64,000 bases of DNA, taken from assembly GCA_964446175.1 (NCBI GenBank), contig CAYUNM010000034.1:15115-79114 (forward strand), written 5' to 3'. The first letter of the stretch is position 1, and every line of letters begins with the position of its first letter. The notes under the pieces are model-generated. The model did no database searches. It was given only the letters and a program-made list of their open reading frames with translations, and was not told where the DNA came from. Positions 10,753 to 19,862 of this stretch are shown here, piece by piece. The DNA comes from an uncultured Kofleriaceae bacterium. GTDB lineage: Bacteria; Myxococcota_A; Polyangia; Haliangiales; Haliangiaceae. The position numbers and the translations under genes were made by a program.

Positions 10753-10833
10753 TCGCACGCGCGCCGGGACGGATCGCAAGTCTTAAGAGGCGCGTAGTTG
10801 CAATCGAGTCGCAACTGCGGCAGGTTCCCTGCC

Positions 10834-13185
10834 ATGCGCCGTCTTGCCGCGATCGCCGCGATCTGCTGGTCGGCGCAGGCATACGCGGACGACGCGCAGG
10901 TCACCGGCATCGTCGAGGACGCGCTGCTGCACCCGCTCGAGGGCGCGACGGTCGTGATCCACGATCCGTCGGGCAACACCGTCGCGAAGGCGACGACGGG
11001 CAAGGACGGCAAGTTCACGTTCTCGGGCGTGCCGCTCGGCGACTTCACGGTCGAGGCGAGCTCGCCGGGGCTCGTCGGCGATCACCAGCACGTGCAGCTG
11101 ACCGCGGGCAGCGCCGCGAACGTAGAGCTCGTGCTCGTCAACAGCGAAGAGGTCGTCACGATCCACGAGGACTGGGCCGTGCCGCCGCCGCCTCCGGCCA
11201 CGGGCAGCGTCGCGAGCGTGAATCGCCAGCAGCTCGCCGAGCAGCCCGGTGGCGAGGACCGCCCGGTGACGGATGTGGTCGCGACGCAGCCCGGCGTCGT
11301 CGCCGATGCGCTCGGCAACATCTACGCGCGCGGCAACCACGGCAGCATCCAGTACCAGATCGATGGCGTGCCGGTGCCCGACTCCGTCGGCAGCCTGTTC
11401 GCGGCATCGATCCCGACGCGCCTCGTCCAGAGCCTCGACATGTACACGGGCGGGATGCCCGCCGAGTACGGCGACCGGCTCTCCGCGGTCGTGAACCTCC
11501 AGACGCGCGCCGCCGGCGACCACCCGGAAGGCACGATGCAGGTCCGCTACGGCTCGTTCCAGACGATCGAGCCCGGCGTCACGTACTCGACGAAGCTCGC
11601 CGACAACTGGGGCATGTTCGCGGGCGGCAGCTTCCAGTACTCGCAGCGCGCGCTCGATCCGCCGTCGATCGATCCGATCCTCCACGACAGTGGCTCGACG
11701 GGCCGCGTGTTCGCGCGCATCGACTGGAAGCAGTGCGAGTGCAACCGCTACGAGCTGTTCGTCACGTACGCGCACAACAAGTTCCAGATCCCGATCGATC
11801 CGTCGAGCGTGCCGTTCGATCCGAACAACCCGCGGCCGCCGGATCGCTTCGGCAACGCCGGCCCCGCGTACGTGCCGCGCGATACCGACGCGACCGAGAC
11901 CGAGGACGAGCTGTTCAGCGCACTGTCGTTCGTCCACACGATGGACCACGGCGCGCTGCAGCTCGCGCCGTACTACAAGCTGTCGCGCGGCGCGCTGTTC
12001 TCCGATCCACGCCACGCGCTCGGGCCTCTCTCGGATCCCGATGCGACCGCGAGCGACGTCACGCGGCTGCAGCACCACGCCGGCGCGGTCGCGTCGCTGA
12101 CGTACAAGACCGGCTCGCACGCGTTGAAGACCGGCGCCCAAGCGGACTTCGTGCACGGCACGGCGGACTTCACCGCGTTCACGCGCGCGATGGGCGGCGG
12201 CATCGCCGACGCGACGAGCGGCCACGACACGACGGATGCGCTGACGACCGGCGCGTACGCCCAGGATCACGTCACGCTCGATGATCTGCAGATCGATGCG
12301 GGCGTTCGCCTCGACGAGCTCCACGTCATGCTCGAGGGCGGCAAGACCGACGACTCGCTGGGCGTGTCGCCGCGCCTGGGCGCCTCCTACGCGCTGACGA
12401 AGGACACGCTCGCGCACGCGTTCACGGGGATCCTGTGGCAGCCGCCCTCCCCGCTCGATGCCGCGAGTGCGGCGCGTGCGCTGGGCGTCGTCGATCCGGG
12501 GATGCCGATCACGTACGACCTGAAGCCCGAGACCGACGCCTATGCCGAGCTCGGCCTCACGTCCCGCCTGATCTCCGAGCTGCGCGGTGGGCTCACCGCG
12601 TGGGGCCGCTATGCGTGGAACCAGCTCGACGACACGGCGATCGGCTCGACGAGCCTGTTGTCGAACTACAACTTCCGGCGCGGCCGCGCCGCCGGCCTCG
12701 AGGGCTCGCTCGACGTGCGCATCGGCCCGTGGATGAGCGCGTTCGGCAACGTGTCGTACGGCTTCGCGCAGGGCCAGGGCATCTCGTCGGCGAAGTACCT
12801 GTTCACGGCCGAGGAGCTCGCCTCGAACAGCTGGCAGACGCTCGATCACGCGCAGACGCTGACCGCGAACGCCGGCGGGACGATCCGCGACGGCCGCTAC
12901 TCGATCACCGGCCTCGCGCAGTACGGCTCGGGCCTGCGCACCGGTCCCGCGAACAACCAGCACGTGCCCGGGCACGTCCGCGTCGATCTCTCGCAGGCGT
13001 ACACGTTCGTGAGCGGCGGCTATCCGTTCAAGGTCGGCATCGACATCATCAACCTGTTCGACGCGCACTACGCCTATCGCATCGCGAACGGGTTCGTCGG
13101 CAGCTCGTACGCGGCGCCCCGAAGCGTATTCGTCACGCTGTCGCTGCCGCTCGCGCCCGAGCCGCACCACCCCGGCGAGAAGTAG
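10834..13185 (+). CDS. TonB-dependent outer-membrane receptor with N-terminal carboxypeptidase-regulatory-like domain (Oar-like)
   Basis: Signal peptide MRRLAAIAAICWSAQAYA; CarboxypepD_reg-like VTGIVEDALLHPLEGATVVIHDPSGNTVAKATTGKDGKFTFSGVPLGDFTVEA; plug-like NIYARGNHGSIQYQIDGVPV; C-terminal barrel ending in an aromatic-rich strand region. Confidence 0.8.
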   Translation: MRRLAAIAAICWSAQAYADDAQVTGIVEDALLHPLEGATVVIHDPSGNTVAKATTGKDGKFTFSGVPLGDFTVEASSPGLVGDHQHVQLTAGSAANVELVLVNSEEVVTIHEDWAVPPPPPATGSVASVNRQQLAEQPGGEDRPVTDVVATQPGVVADALGNIYARGNHGSIQYQIDGVPVPDSVGSLFAASIPTRLVQSLDMYTGGMPAEYGDRLSAVVNLQTRAAGDHPEGTMQVRYGSFQTIEPGVTYSTKLADNWGMFAGGSFQYSQRALDPPSIDPILHDSGSTGRVFARIDWKQCECNRYELFVTYAHNKFQIPIDPSSVPFDPNNPRPPDRFGNAGPAYVPRDTDATETEDELFSALSFVHTMDHGALQLAPYYKLSRGALFSDPRHALGPLSDPDATASDVTRLQHHAGAVASLTYKTGSHALKTGAQADFVHGTADFTAFTRAMGGGIADATSGHDTTDALTTGAYAQDHVTLDDLQIDAGVRLDELHVMLEGGKTDDSLGVSPRLGASYALTKDTLAHAFTGILWQPPSPLDAASAARALGVVDPGMPITYDLKPETDAYAELGLTSRLISELRGGLTAWGRYAWNQLDDTAIGSTSLLSNYNFRRGRAAGLEGSLDVRIGPWMSAFGNVSYGFAQGQGISSAKYLFTAEELASNSWQTLDHAQTLTANAGGTIRDGRYSITGLAQYGSGLRTGPANNQHVPGHVRVDLSQAYTFVSGGYPFKVGIDIINLFDAHYAYRIANGFVGSSYAAPRSVFVTLSLPLAPEPHHPGEK

Positions 13186-13280
13186 GCGTCGCGGGCGTGT
13201 CGCAGGCGGTCGCGGCTACTTGCCCCGTCGCCGGCAACTCGAGTGGCCACCGTTTAAACGCCGCGCTGCCGGATCGGTGC

Positions 13281-13296
13281 TGGCACGGTGATGGCA
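13281..13296 (+). promoter_or_regulatory. Sigma-54-type -24/-12 promoter-like motif TGGCACGGTGATGGCA
   Basis: GG at 13282-13283 and GC at 13294-13295 have canonical spacing. One mismatch to TGGCACG-N4-TTGCW. It overlaps the upstream candidate starts of the next CDS. The predicted start site lies just before ATG 13312. Confidence 0.2.
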
Positions 13297-13893
13297 AAGC
13301 GCGCGGCCATCATGCGTAGCTTCCTGTTCATCGCTCTCGTCTCGATCGCGGCCTGCGCCGCTGACACCGCTGACCTCGACAACTCCGATCAGCTCGACGC
13401 GCCCACCGGCAAGGAGGACGCCGCGTCCAAGCCGGCCGGCTTCTACACGAACAGCAACGTCGCGCACGCCGGCGATCTCGTCACGCTGACGCTCGACGCC
13501 GACCACACGTTCATCGCCGAGAAGCAGGTCGAGTGCATCAAGGCGCCGTGCAACCCCGTCGAGGAGACGGGCACGTACCTGTTCACGCACGGCACGTCCA
13601 AGGGCGTGACGAAGACGTACATCCGCCTCTACAACGAGGACGGCGAGTCGCTCGCGCGCTACCAGTGGCAGCTCGACCGCACCGACCTCAAGCTCAAGCT
13701 CGACGGCACGGCGAGCTGGTCGACGCTGCAGCACACCGACACGCCCGAGCAGGGCGGCGCCAACACCTGCGCGGCCGACAGCGACTGCAGCGGCATCTTG
13801 CCGCAGTTCTGCCGGACCTGCGATGACGGCTCCACGTCGTGCGCCCACTGGTCCTGCGTCACGAACGCTTGCCAGATCGCGACCTGCAACTGA
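13288..13893 (+). CDS. Secreted Cys-rich lipoprotein, unknown function (start at 13288, 13291 or 13312)
   Basis: Lipobox LVSIAAC. C-terminal Cys-rich segment CAADSDCSGILPQFCRTCDDGSTSCAHWSCVTNACQIATC. No family recognised. Confidence 0.65.
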   Translation: MMAKRAAIMRSFLFIALVSIAACAADTADLDNSDQLDAPTGKEDAASKPAGFYTNSNVAHAGDLVTLTLDADHTFIAEKQVECIKAPCNPVEETGTYLFTHGTSKGVTKTYIRLYNEDGESLARYQWQLDRTDLKLKLDGTASWSTLQHTDTPEQGGANTCAADSDCSGILPQFCRTCDDGSTSCAHWSCVTNACQIATCN

Positions 13894-13905
13894 TATTCGC
13901 CCGCG

Positions 13906-14754
13906 ATGGAAGACGTAGTCGCCCGGCTCGCATCCTGGCTCGAAGCAAACGCGCCCGAGGTTGCGAGCGCGATGTCCCCCGGCGCCTCCGACGAGGAGCT
14001 CGCCGCGTTCGAAAAGGATCTCGGCACGGCGCTGCCTGCCGGCATGCGCGCGCTCTACCGCTGGCACAACGGCGGCAAGGGCGCGCTGATCGGCAACCGG
14101 ATGGTGATGTCGCTCGCCGACATCACGAAGACGCGCCAGATGATGAACAAGCTCGTCGACGAGGGCGCGTTCAAGACGTCGAACTGGTACCGCAAGACGT
14201 GGGTGCCGTTCCTGTCCAACGGCGCCGGCGATCACGTGTGCTGGGATCCGCGCGGCAGCTTCTCCGGCGAGCCCGGCCAGGTCCTCGAGTTCTGGCACAC
14301 CGATCACGATCGCAAGGTGCTCGCACCGAGCTTCGACGGCTGGCTGACGGCGCTCGTCGATTCGATGGAGGCCGGCATCTGGCGCCTCGACAGCGACGAG
14401 GGCATCACGGATGACCGCGGCTTCGCCGAGTTCGTCGGCGGCAAGTTCCCCGGCTTCCCCAAGCTCGCGATCGACAGCGACGGCAAGCGCCCCAAGCGCG
14501 CCGCCCCCCCTCCGAAGGTCGACGCCGATCCGACGCGCGAGACCAAGACGTACAAGGCGAGCGAGCGCTTCGCGGTCGCCGACACGATCACGCACCCGCA
14601 GTTCGGCACGGGCGTCGTGCAGCGCGTTCACGACACCGCGATCGACGTGCTGTTCGACAACGGCATGCGCACGCTCGTCCACGCCAAGGGCGCGACGGGC
14701 GGCCTCGCGAAGCCCAAGCCGTTCGACCACAGCAAGGGTCCGACCCGCGTCTGA
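13906..14754 (+). CDS. SMI1/KNR4 (SUKH-1) family protein with a C-terminal small beta-barrel-like extension
   Basis: FEKDLGTALPAGMRALYRWHNGG...WVPFLSNGAGDHVCWD is the SUKH signature. The C-terminal ERFAVADTITHPQFGTGVVQRVHDTAIDVLFDNGMRTLVH resembles Tudor/DUF3553-like domains. Confidence 0.75.
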   Translation: MEDVVARLASWLEANAPEVASAMSPGASDEELAAFEKDLGTALPAGMRALYRWHNGGKGALIGNRMVMSLADITKTRQMMNKLVDEGAFKTSNWYRKTWVPFLSNGAGDHVCWDPRGSFSGEPGQVLEFWHTDHDRKVLAPSFDGWLTALVDSMEAGIWRLDSDEGITDDRGFAEFVGGKFPGFPKLAIDSDGKRPKRAAPPPKVDADPTRETKTYKASERFAVADTITHPQFGTGVVQRVHDTAIDVLFDNGMRTLVHAKGATGGLAKPKPFDHSKGPTRV

Positions 14755-14770
14755 GGTAAGGCGTGTACGA

Positions 14771-14819
14771 CGAGCCGTCCCGGATCGTACGGATGGCTCG
14801 TGACGACACGTTTCGTCAC
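14771..14819 (+). terminator. Two adjacent GC-rich hairpins downstream of the SUKH gene (no U-tract)
   Basis: CGAGCCGTCC (14771-14780) pairs with GGATGGCTCG (14791-14800), 9 Watson-Crick pairs plus 1 G-U. GTGACGA (14800-14806) pairs with TCGTCAC (14813-14819). Confidence 0.3.
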
Positions 14820-14899
14820 GTGACGCCCCTCGCGACGACGTAACCCCGCGTCGCATGCCGCTTCCGATGGCGGCGTGGCGATTGCTACCATGGTCGGCC

Positions 14900-16621
14900 A
14901 TGCGGACCTCGTGGTTGGTCGTCGTCGGTATCTGCTCGCTGGCCGGATGTGGTTCTGTCGGCTCCAAGCCCGACGCATCGCCCGGTGGCGATGGCGGCAA
15001 CGGCAACGGCGCGCTGACGCTCGCGAAGCCCAGCAGCTGGGTGCCGCAGACGCAGTCGCGCACGGTCGACTTCACGATCGCGCGCGACACGAGCACGACG
15101 GGCGCGCTGACGGTTCACGTCGCGAGCCTGCCGGCGGGTGTCACGGCGCCCGATGTCGCCGTCGCGGCAGGCGCGTCGTCGGGCACGCTGACGTTCGCGG
15201 CGGACGCGAGCTCGACGCTCGGCAGCGCGACGAGCGTCGACGTGCAGCTGCTCGACGGCGTGAAGATGCTCGACTCCAAGCCGTTCACCGTGAAGGTCAG
15301 CGGGCTGCCGGGCACGGTCGACACGACGTTCGGCACCGGTGGCAAGGCCGTCGTGCCGCTGCCGGATCCCGCGGTCACCGGCACGGGCAACAGCTACGTG
15401 CGCGCGATGCTGACGTACCCGGCATCCGCCGGCGCGAACGCCGACAAGATCCTCATCGGCGCCGAGATCGATACGACCGGCGGCACGACGACGACCTACA
15501 AGGGAGCGGTCGTGCGCCTCGATGCCAACGGTGCGCCCGATACGACGTTCGGCGGCGGGACCGGCTACGTGCTCGTCGATGGCAGCCCCGCGCACGGGTT
15601 CTTGCCCGTCGGTCTCGCGCTCGACTCGCAGGGCCGGATCGTCGTCGTCGCGTATCGCATCGATGCGTCCAGCATCTGCACGGTCTACGTCGCGCGGCTG
15701 ACGCCGGCGGGCGATCCCGACCCGCAGTTCACGACGTTCGACGAGCAGCCCGACGGAGGCGGCTACTGCGGCAACGCCTGGTCGGTCGTCGTGCTGCCCG
15801 GCGACAAGATCCTCGTCGCGGCGACCTGGAATAACCCCGATCAGAGCCAGCGCCCGCTGCTGCTGCAGCTCAAGTCGGATGGCACGCGCGACGGCACGGC
15901 GTTCGGCACGTCGTCGGCGATCCGCGTCTCGAACCCCGATGTCGACAAGCCGAGCTGGGAGCTGACGCGCGGCCTCGCGGTCGACAGCAGCGGCAGCATC
16001 TACCTCGAAGGTGCGAAGTGCGAAGGCGGCTGGAACGTGGCGGTCAGCGCGTGCGAGAGCGTCGTCGGCCGGCTCACCTCGTCGGGCACGTGGGACACGT
16101 CGTTCGGCACCGCCGGCACCGGCGGTCACAAGGGCTACTCGCAGCTGACGCTCGGCACGACCTCGAACGCATCGCTGCACGAAGGCTTCGAGCAGCTGAC
16201 GCGCGACGCCGCCGGCAACATCGTCCTCGTCGGCTACAACGACGGCTTCACGACGGGCGTGCTCGCGCGGTTCACCTCGACCGGCGCGGCCGATACCACG
16301 TTCGCGACGGGCGGCCACGTCGCGCCGACGCTCGTCTCGGGCGCCAGCGTGCAGGAGCTCGACGCGCTGGCGATCGACAGCGCCGGCAACGTCCTCGTCG
16401 CGGGCTACGCGAACAACGGTACCCCGCTGCTCGTCACGAGCCGCTACACGCCGTCGGGTGTGCTCGACCGCTCGTGGGGCACCAGCGGCGTGCAGACGAC
16501 CGCGGAGGTCGCGATCAGCCCGCAAGCCGCGGTGCAGTCGGATGACCGGTTCATCGCCGGCGGCGGCACGCCGCGAGGCGCGAACGGTACGGACGTCGCG
16601 GTCTGGCGCTACTGGCCCTAG
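14900..16621 (+). CDS. Delta-60 repeat (beta-propeller) lipoprotein
   Basis: Lipobox ICSLAGC. Repeated D(T/P)(T/S)FG(T/G)GG blades (DTTFGTGGKAVV, DTTFGGGTGYVLV, DTSFGTAGTGG, DTTFATGGHV, DRSWGTSGV). Confidence 0.75.
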   Translation: MRTSWLVVVGICSLAGCGSVGSKPDASPGGDGGNGNGALTLAKPSSWVPQTQSRTVDFTIARDTSTTGALTVHVASLPAGVTAPDVAVAAGASSGTLTFAADASSTLGSATSVDVQLLDGVKMLDSKPFTVKVSGLPGTVDTTFGTGGKAVVPLPDPAVTGTGNSYVRAMLTYPASAGANADKILIGAEIDTTGGTTTTYKGAVVRLDANGAPDTTFGGGTGYVLVDGSPAHGFLPVGLALDSQGRIVVVAYRIDASSICTVYVARLTPAGDPDPQFTTFDEQPDGGGYCGNAWSVVVLPGDKILVAATWNNPDQSQRPLLLQLKSDGTRDGTAFGTSSAIRVSNPDVDKPSWELTRGLAVDSSGSIYLEGAKCEGGWNVAVSACESVVGRLTSSGTWDTSFGTAGTGGHKGYSQLTLGTTSNASLHEGFEQLTRDAAGNIVLVGYNDGFTTGVLARFTSTGAADTTFATGGHVAPTLVSGASVQELDALAIDSAGNVLVAGYANNGTPLLVTSRYTPSGVLDRSWGTSGVQTTAEVAISPQAAVQSDDRFIAGGGTPRGANGTDVAVWRYWP

Positions 16622-17307
16622 CGGCGGCGCACGAGCAGCAGCGCGGCGCCAACGGCGAGGAACACGCCGCCGATCGCGAGGAAGATCCACGCGCGGCCCC
16701 AGAAGCCGGTCGCCCGCGTGAAGGGCGTCCGCGACTCGACGTGCATCGCGGGCGCCGCGCCCGCCACGAGCAGCGCGCGCAGGTCCTCCGACTGGCGCAG
16801 GCTCGCCATCGGGACGTGCATCGTGCGGCCCTCGACGCGGTCGGGGGTGGCGGCGAGCTTGATCTTGCCGTCGAGCACGAACGTGATCTCGGAGTGGACG
16901 TGGAACGGCAGCGTGGTGGTCGAGTCGATCGTCACGCCCTGGTCGTCGGCCGCGATGTGCGAGAGCACGTGGGCGTCGACCGGCGGCGTGTCGGGGTGCT
17001 CGGCGTCGCGCAGCTCGACGTGGGCGGTGCGTTCGAGCAGCGCGGCCTGGTCGGCGACGAGCTGGGGATCGTCGGTGCCGAGCTCGACGACGATCCGGTC
17101 GCCCGCCGCGATCACGCGCGTCGGGGCGCCCTTCTCCTCGACGCGCAGCGCGGCGGCCTCGCGCGCCAGGGCGATGTTGCCGCCGGCCGTCGTGAGGATC
17201 AGGCGCGTGCCGTGCGCGGGGCCCGATGACGACAGGCCGCGCACGACGCCGAACACGGCGATGCCGAAGCCGATGACCGCGACCAGCAGCGCGGTGATGA
17301 TTCGCAT
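16618..17307 (-). CDS. Bitopic membrane protein (N- and C-terminal TM helices) with a SecD-head-like periplasmic segment
   Basis: TM helices at both ends. The central DRIVVELGTDDPQLVADQAALLERTAHVELRD resembles the SecD P1-head motif (IVVxLPG...A..lg.TA.LEFR). This is a weak, by-eye similarity. Confidence 0.55.
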   Translation of the reverse strand: MRIITALLVAVIGFGIAVFGVVRGLSSSGPAHGTRLILTTAGGNIALAREAAALRVEEKGAPTRVIAAGDRIVVELGTDDPQLVADQAALLERTAHVELRDAEHPDTPPVDAHVLSHIAADDQGVTIDSTTTLPFHVHSEITFVLDGKIKLAATPDRVEGRTMHVPMASLRQSEDLRALLVAGAAPAMHVESRTPFTRATGFWGRAWIFLAIGGVFLAVGAALLLVRRR

Positions 17308-17367
17308 GCGGGGACTCTACACGCGTGCGTCTCGCGGCGGGCTCACACGCGCGCGTCTCGGGGCACG

Positions 17368-19449
17368 CTACTGCACGGGGCCCGACTGCACGCGTGCGGG
17401 GGCGTGGACCTGCTGGCGCGCCTGCTGCTCCTCCTCGACGGCCTGGACCGTGCGGTTGATCTCCTCGACGAGGCCGCGCTTCTTGCGGTAGTCGACGGCG
17501 GGGACGTACGGCATGTGGTCGAGCGCGTGGAACGACGCGACGAACTCGTCGTGCTCGCGCGCCTTGCGCTCGAGGATCTGCTGGAGATCGAGCTGGTCCT
17601 TGATGATGTAGGGCGTCAGCAGGATGAGGACGTTGCTCTTCGTCTTGCTGCGCTTGGTGTACTTGAACAGGTAGCCGAGCAGCGGGATGTCGCCGAGGAC
17701 CGGGACCTTCGTCGTCTTCGCGCTCTCGTGCTCCTGCGTGAGGCCGGTGAGCACGATCGTCTGCTGGTCGTGTACGACGACGCGCGTCTCGAAGCCGCGC
17801 GTGTTCCACGTCGGGCCGAGCGACGTATCGACGCCGTAAGACTTCGCGTCGTTCGTGATCTCGAGCATGACGTTGTCGTTCGCCGAGATGTGCGGCTTGA
17901 TATCGAGCTCGAAGTTGAGGTCCTGGCGATCGACGTTCGTGCTCGTGCCGGCGAGCGGATTCGTCGCGACGCTCTGTGCGAGACCGCGCAGGTACGGGAC
18001 GTTCTGGCCGACGTGGAACTTCGTCGTCTCGTTGTCGACGGCGATGATGCTCGGCGTCGAGACGTCGTTGTTGTGCGAGTTGACGGCGAGCGCGGAGAAC
18101 AGCACGGCGTAGGACGGGATACTCGTGCCGAGGAAGCTCTGCGACGAGGTCAGCGCCGAGCCGACGATGCCGCCAAGCAGGCCCTGGAAGTTGCCGATCG
18201 TGTCCTTGATATCGAGCGTGTTGACGGTCTGCGTCTCGACGCCACCGACGACGATCGAGTTGCCACCGGTCGTCGGGATCGCGCCGTGCGAGCTCGTGCC
18301 GAAGCCGAGGTCGTTCGACGTGTCGACGGTCAGCACGACCGTCTCGATGTAGACCTGACGGCGCGGCTCGTCGAGCTGGCGGATCACGTCCTGGATCGCG
18401 AGGTAGTCGCGGCCGCTCGCGGTAACGATCAGCTTGTTCGTCTTCGGGTCCGCGATCACGTGGACCTGACCTTCGAGCGTGAGCGAGTCCGTGGGCGGCG
18501 CGGCGGTCTTCGGCGCTTGCGCGGCAGGGCCGCCGCCCGATTGCTGGCGCTGGATCGCGTCGTTGAGCGTCTTCGCGACCTCTTCGGCGATCGCGTTGCC
18601 GAGCTGGTAGACGTGGATCGACGCGCCGCCCTCGATATCGAGCGAGATATCGAGCCGATCGACGAGCGCCTGCACGCGCTGGAACACGGCCTGCGGGCCG
18701 GCGACGATCAGCGTGTTCGTGCGCTCGTCGACGAGGATCTTCGGCTGCGGCTGGTCGGGCTTCGCGGGTGCAGCCGTGCCGAGGATGTCGTCGAGCTTGG
18801 CCTTGAGCTTCGTCGCGTCGGCGTGCAGCACGGGGATCATGAACAGGCCGTCGTTGCCGCCCGCGACGTCGATCTGCTTCGCGAGCGAGACCATCTCCTT
18901 GACGTGCCGTGCGTAGTCCGTGATCACGAGCACCGAGCCGAGCTGCTTGATCTCGCCGGCATCCGACTTCAGCGACTCGAACGCGGCCGCGATCGTCTCG
19001 GGCTTCGCGTAGGTCGGCCGCAGCACGAAGCGCACGACCTCGTTGCCGTCGCCGGGCTTCTGCACGAATGGCACGGCCTCGCGCTTCGCGGCCTGGCTCT
19101 CGACGATCACCCACGCGTCCCCCTTGCGCACGACGGCGAGGCCGGCGGTCGCGAGCGAGCCGAGGAACAGCTCGTACGCGTCGTGGGGGCTCATCTTCTC
19201 GGGCGCCATCACGGTGACGTGCCGGTTCTGCACGAAGCGCATGTCGTACATGTACTTGTTGCAGGTGAAGCCCATCGCCCACGTGATCAGCTCCTTGACC
19301 TCGATGTCGGGCTTGAACGTGATCGCGACCTCGCCGACCTTCTTGCTGCACGACAGCACGCTGGTGTCGTCGGGATGCTCGGCGTCGGCGAGCACCGCCC
19401 GCGGGATCAGCAGCACGAGAATCAAGAGCAGGCGCATATGGCCGCGCAT
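17368..19449 (-). CDS. gspD: Secretin, type II secretion system protein D family
   Basis: Signal peptide MRLLLILVLLIPRAVLA, N0-N3-like repeats, and a secretin core (VPVLGDIPLLGYLFKYTKRSKTKSNVLILLTPYII). No other gsp genes are nearby. Confidence 0.85.
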   Translation of the reverse strand: MRGHMRLLLILVLLIPRAVLADAEHPDDTSVLSCSKKVGEVAITFKPDIEVKELITWAMGFTCNKYMYDMRFVQNRHVTVMAPEKMSPHDAYELFLGSLATAGLAVVRKGDAWVIVESQAAKREAVPFVQKPGDGNEVVRFVLRPTYAKPETIAAAFESLKSDAGEIKQLGSVLVITDYARHVKEMVSLAKQIDVAGGNDGLFMIPVLHADATKLKAKLDDILGTAAPAKPDQPQPKILVDERTNTLIVAGPQAVFQRVQALVDRLDISLDIEGGASIHVYQLGNAIAEEVAKTLNDAIQRQQSGGGPAAQAPKTAAPPTDSLTLEGQVHVIADPKTNKLIVTASGRDYLAIQDVIRQLDEPRRQVYIETVVLTVDTSNDLGFGTSSHGAIPTTGGNSIVVGGVETQTVNTLDIKDTIGNFQGLLGGIVGSALTSSQSFLGTSIPSYAVLFSALAVNSHNNDVSTPSIIAVDNETTKFHVGQNVPYLRGLAQSVATNPLAGTSTNVDRQDLNFELDIKPHISANDNVMLEITNDAKSYGVDTSLGPTWNTRGFETRVVVHDQQTIVLTGLTQEHESAKTTKVPVLGDIPLLGYLFKYTKRSKTKSNVLILLTPYIIKDQLDLQQILERKAREHDEFVASFHALDHMPYVPAVDYRKKRGLVEEINRTVQAVEEEQQARQQVHAPARVQSGPVQ

Positions 19450-19637
19450 TCCACGTCGCGGGCCAGCGGCCAAGTGCGCGATTGCCAGCGCGCGCGAACG
19501 CTGATCGTGCCAGCGAGGCAACGCGGGGCGCCGTGGGCTACGTCAGCGCGACAGCACGTGCGCGAAGATCTCGCGGACCCCGACGAACGAGCCCGGGTCG
19601 AGCGGCACGCGACGCGCCCGCTCGAGCGCCTCCTCGG

Positions 19638-19862
19638 TCACTTGTCCTTCCGCGGACTCGACGAACGCGGCGACTCGTTCTCGACATCTTCGCCAACGTC
19701 GCGAAGAAACGAGACAAATGCCATCTGCGGGCGGCGCGAGCCCTCGCCGACGACGAACCGGATGCCGTCGAAGGTCCAGCCCTGCCCGACCCAGTCGTTC
19801 ACGCACTCGGTGAGCGTCTCGTCGGTGACGATCGAGAGCTCGACGAACTTGTACGTCACCAT
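19638..19862 (-). CDS. Small conserved-looking hypothetical protein (74 aa), possibly frameshifted at its 3' end
   Basis: MVTYKFVELSIVTDETLTECVNDWVGQGWTFDGIRFVVGE...MAFVSFLR looks like a compact alpha/beta domain. The tail becomes low-complexity (SPRSSSPRKDK) while another frame (19543..~19680) stays protein-like. Confidence 0.45.
   Translation of the reverse strand: MVTYKFVELSIVTDETLTECVNDWVGQGWTFDGIRFVVGEGSRRPQMAFVSFLRDVGEDVENESPRSSSPRKDK

Noticed and set aside
14885-19351. Very long antisense ORFs. Examples are 14885..19351 (-) at 1488 aa, 1520..3061 (+), 33417..36974 (+), 47046..51440 (+), 52622..56182 (-), 10783..13170 (-), 56223..59708 (-) upstream of nt 57119, and 60006..63083 (+).
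   Set aside because: Their translations are Arg/Ala/Asp/Gly/His-rich low-complexity strings with no motifs. They lie opposite ORFs with clear family signatures. Long stop-free antisense frames are an expected artefact of about 70% GC DNA.
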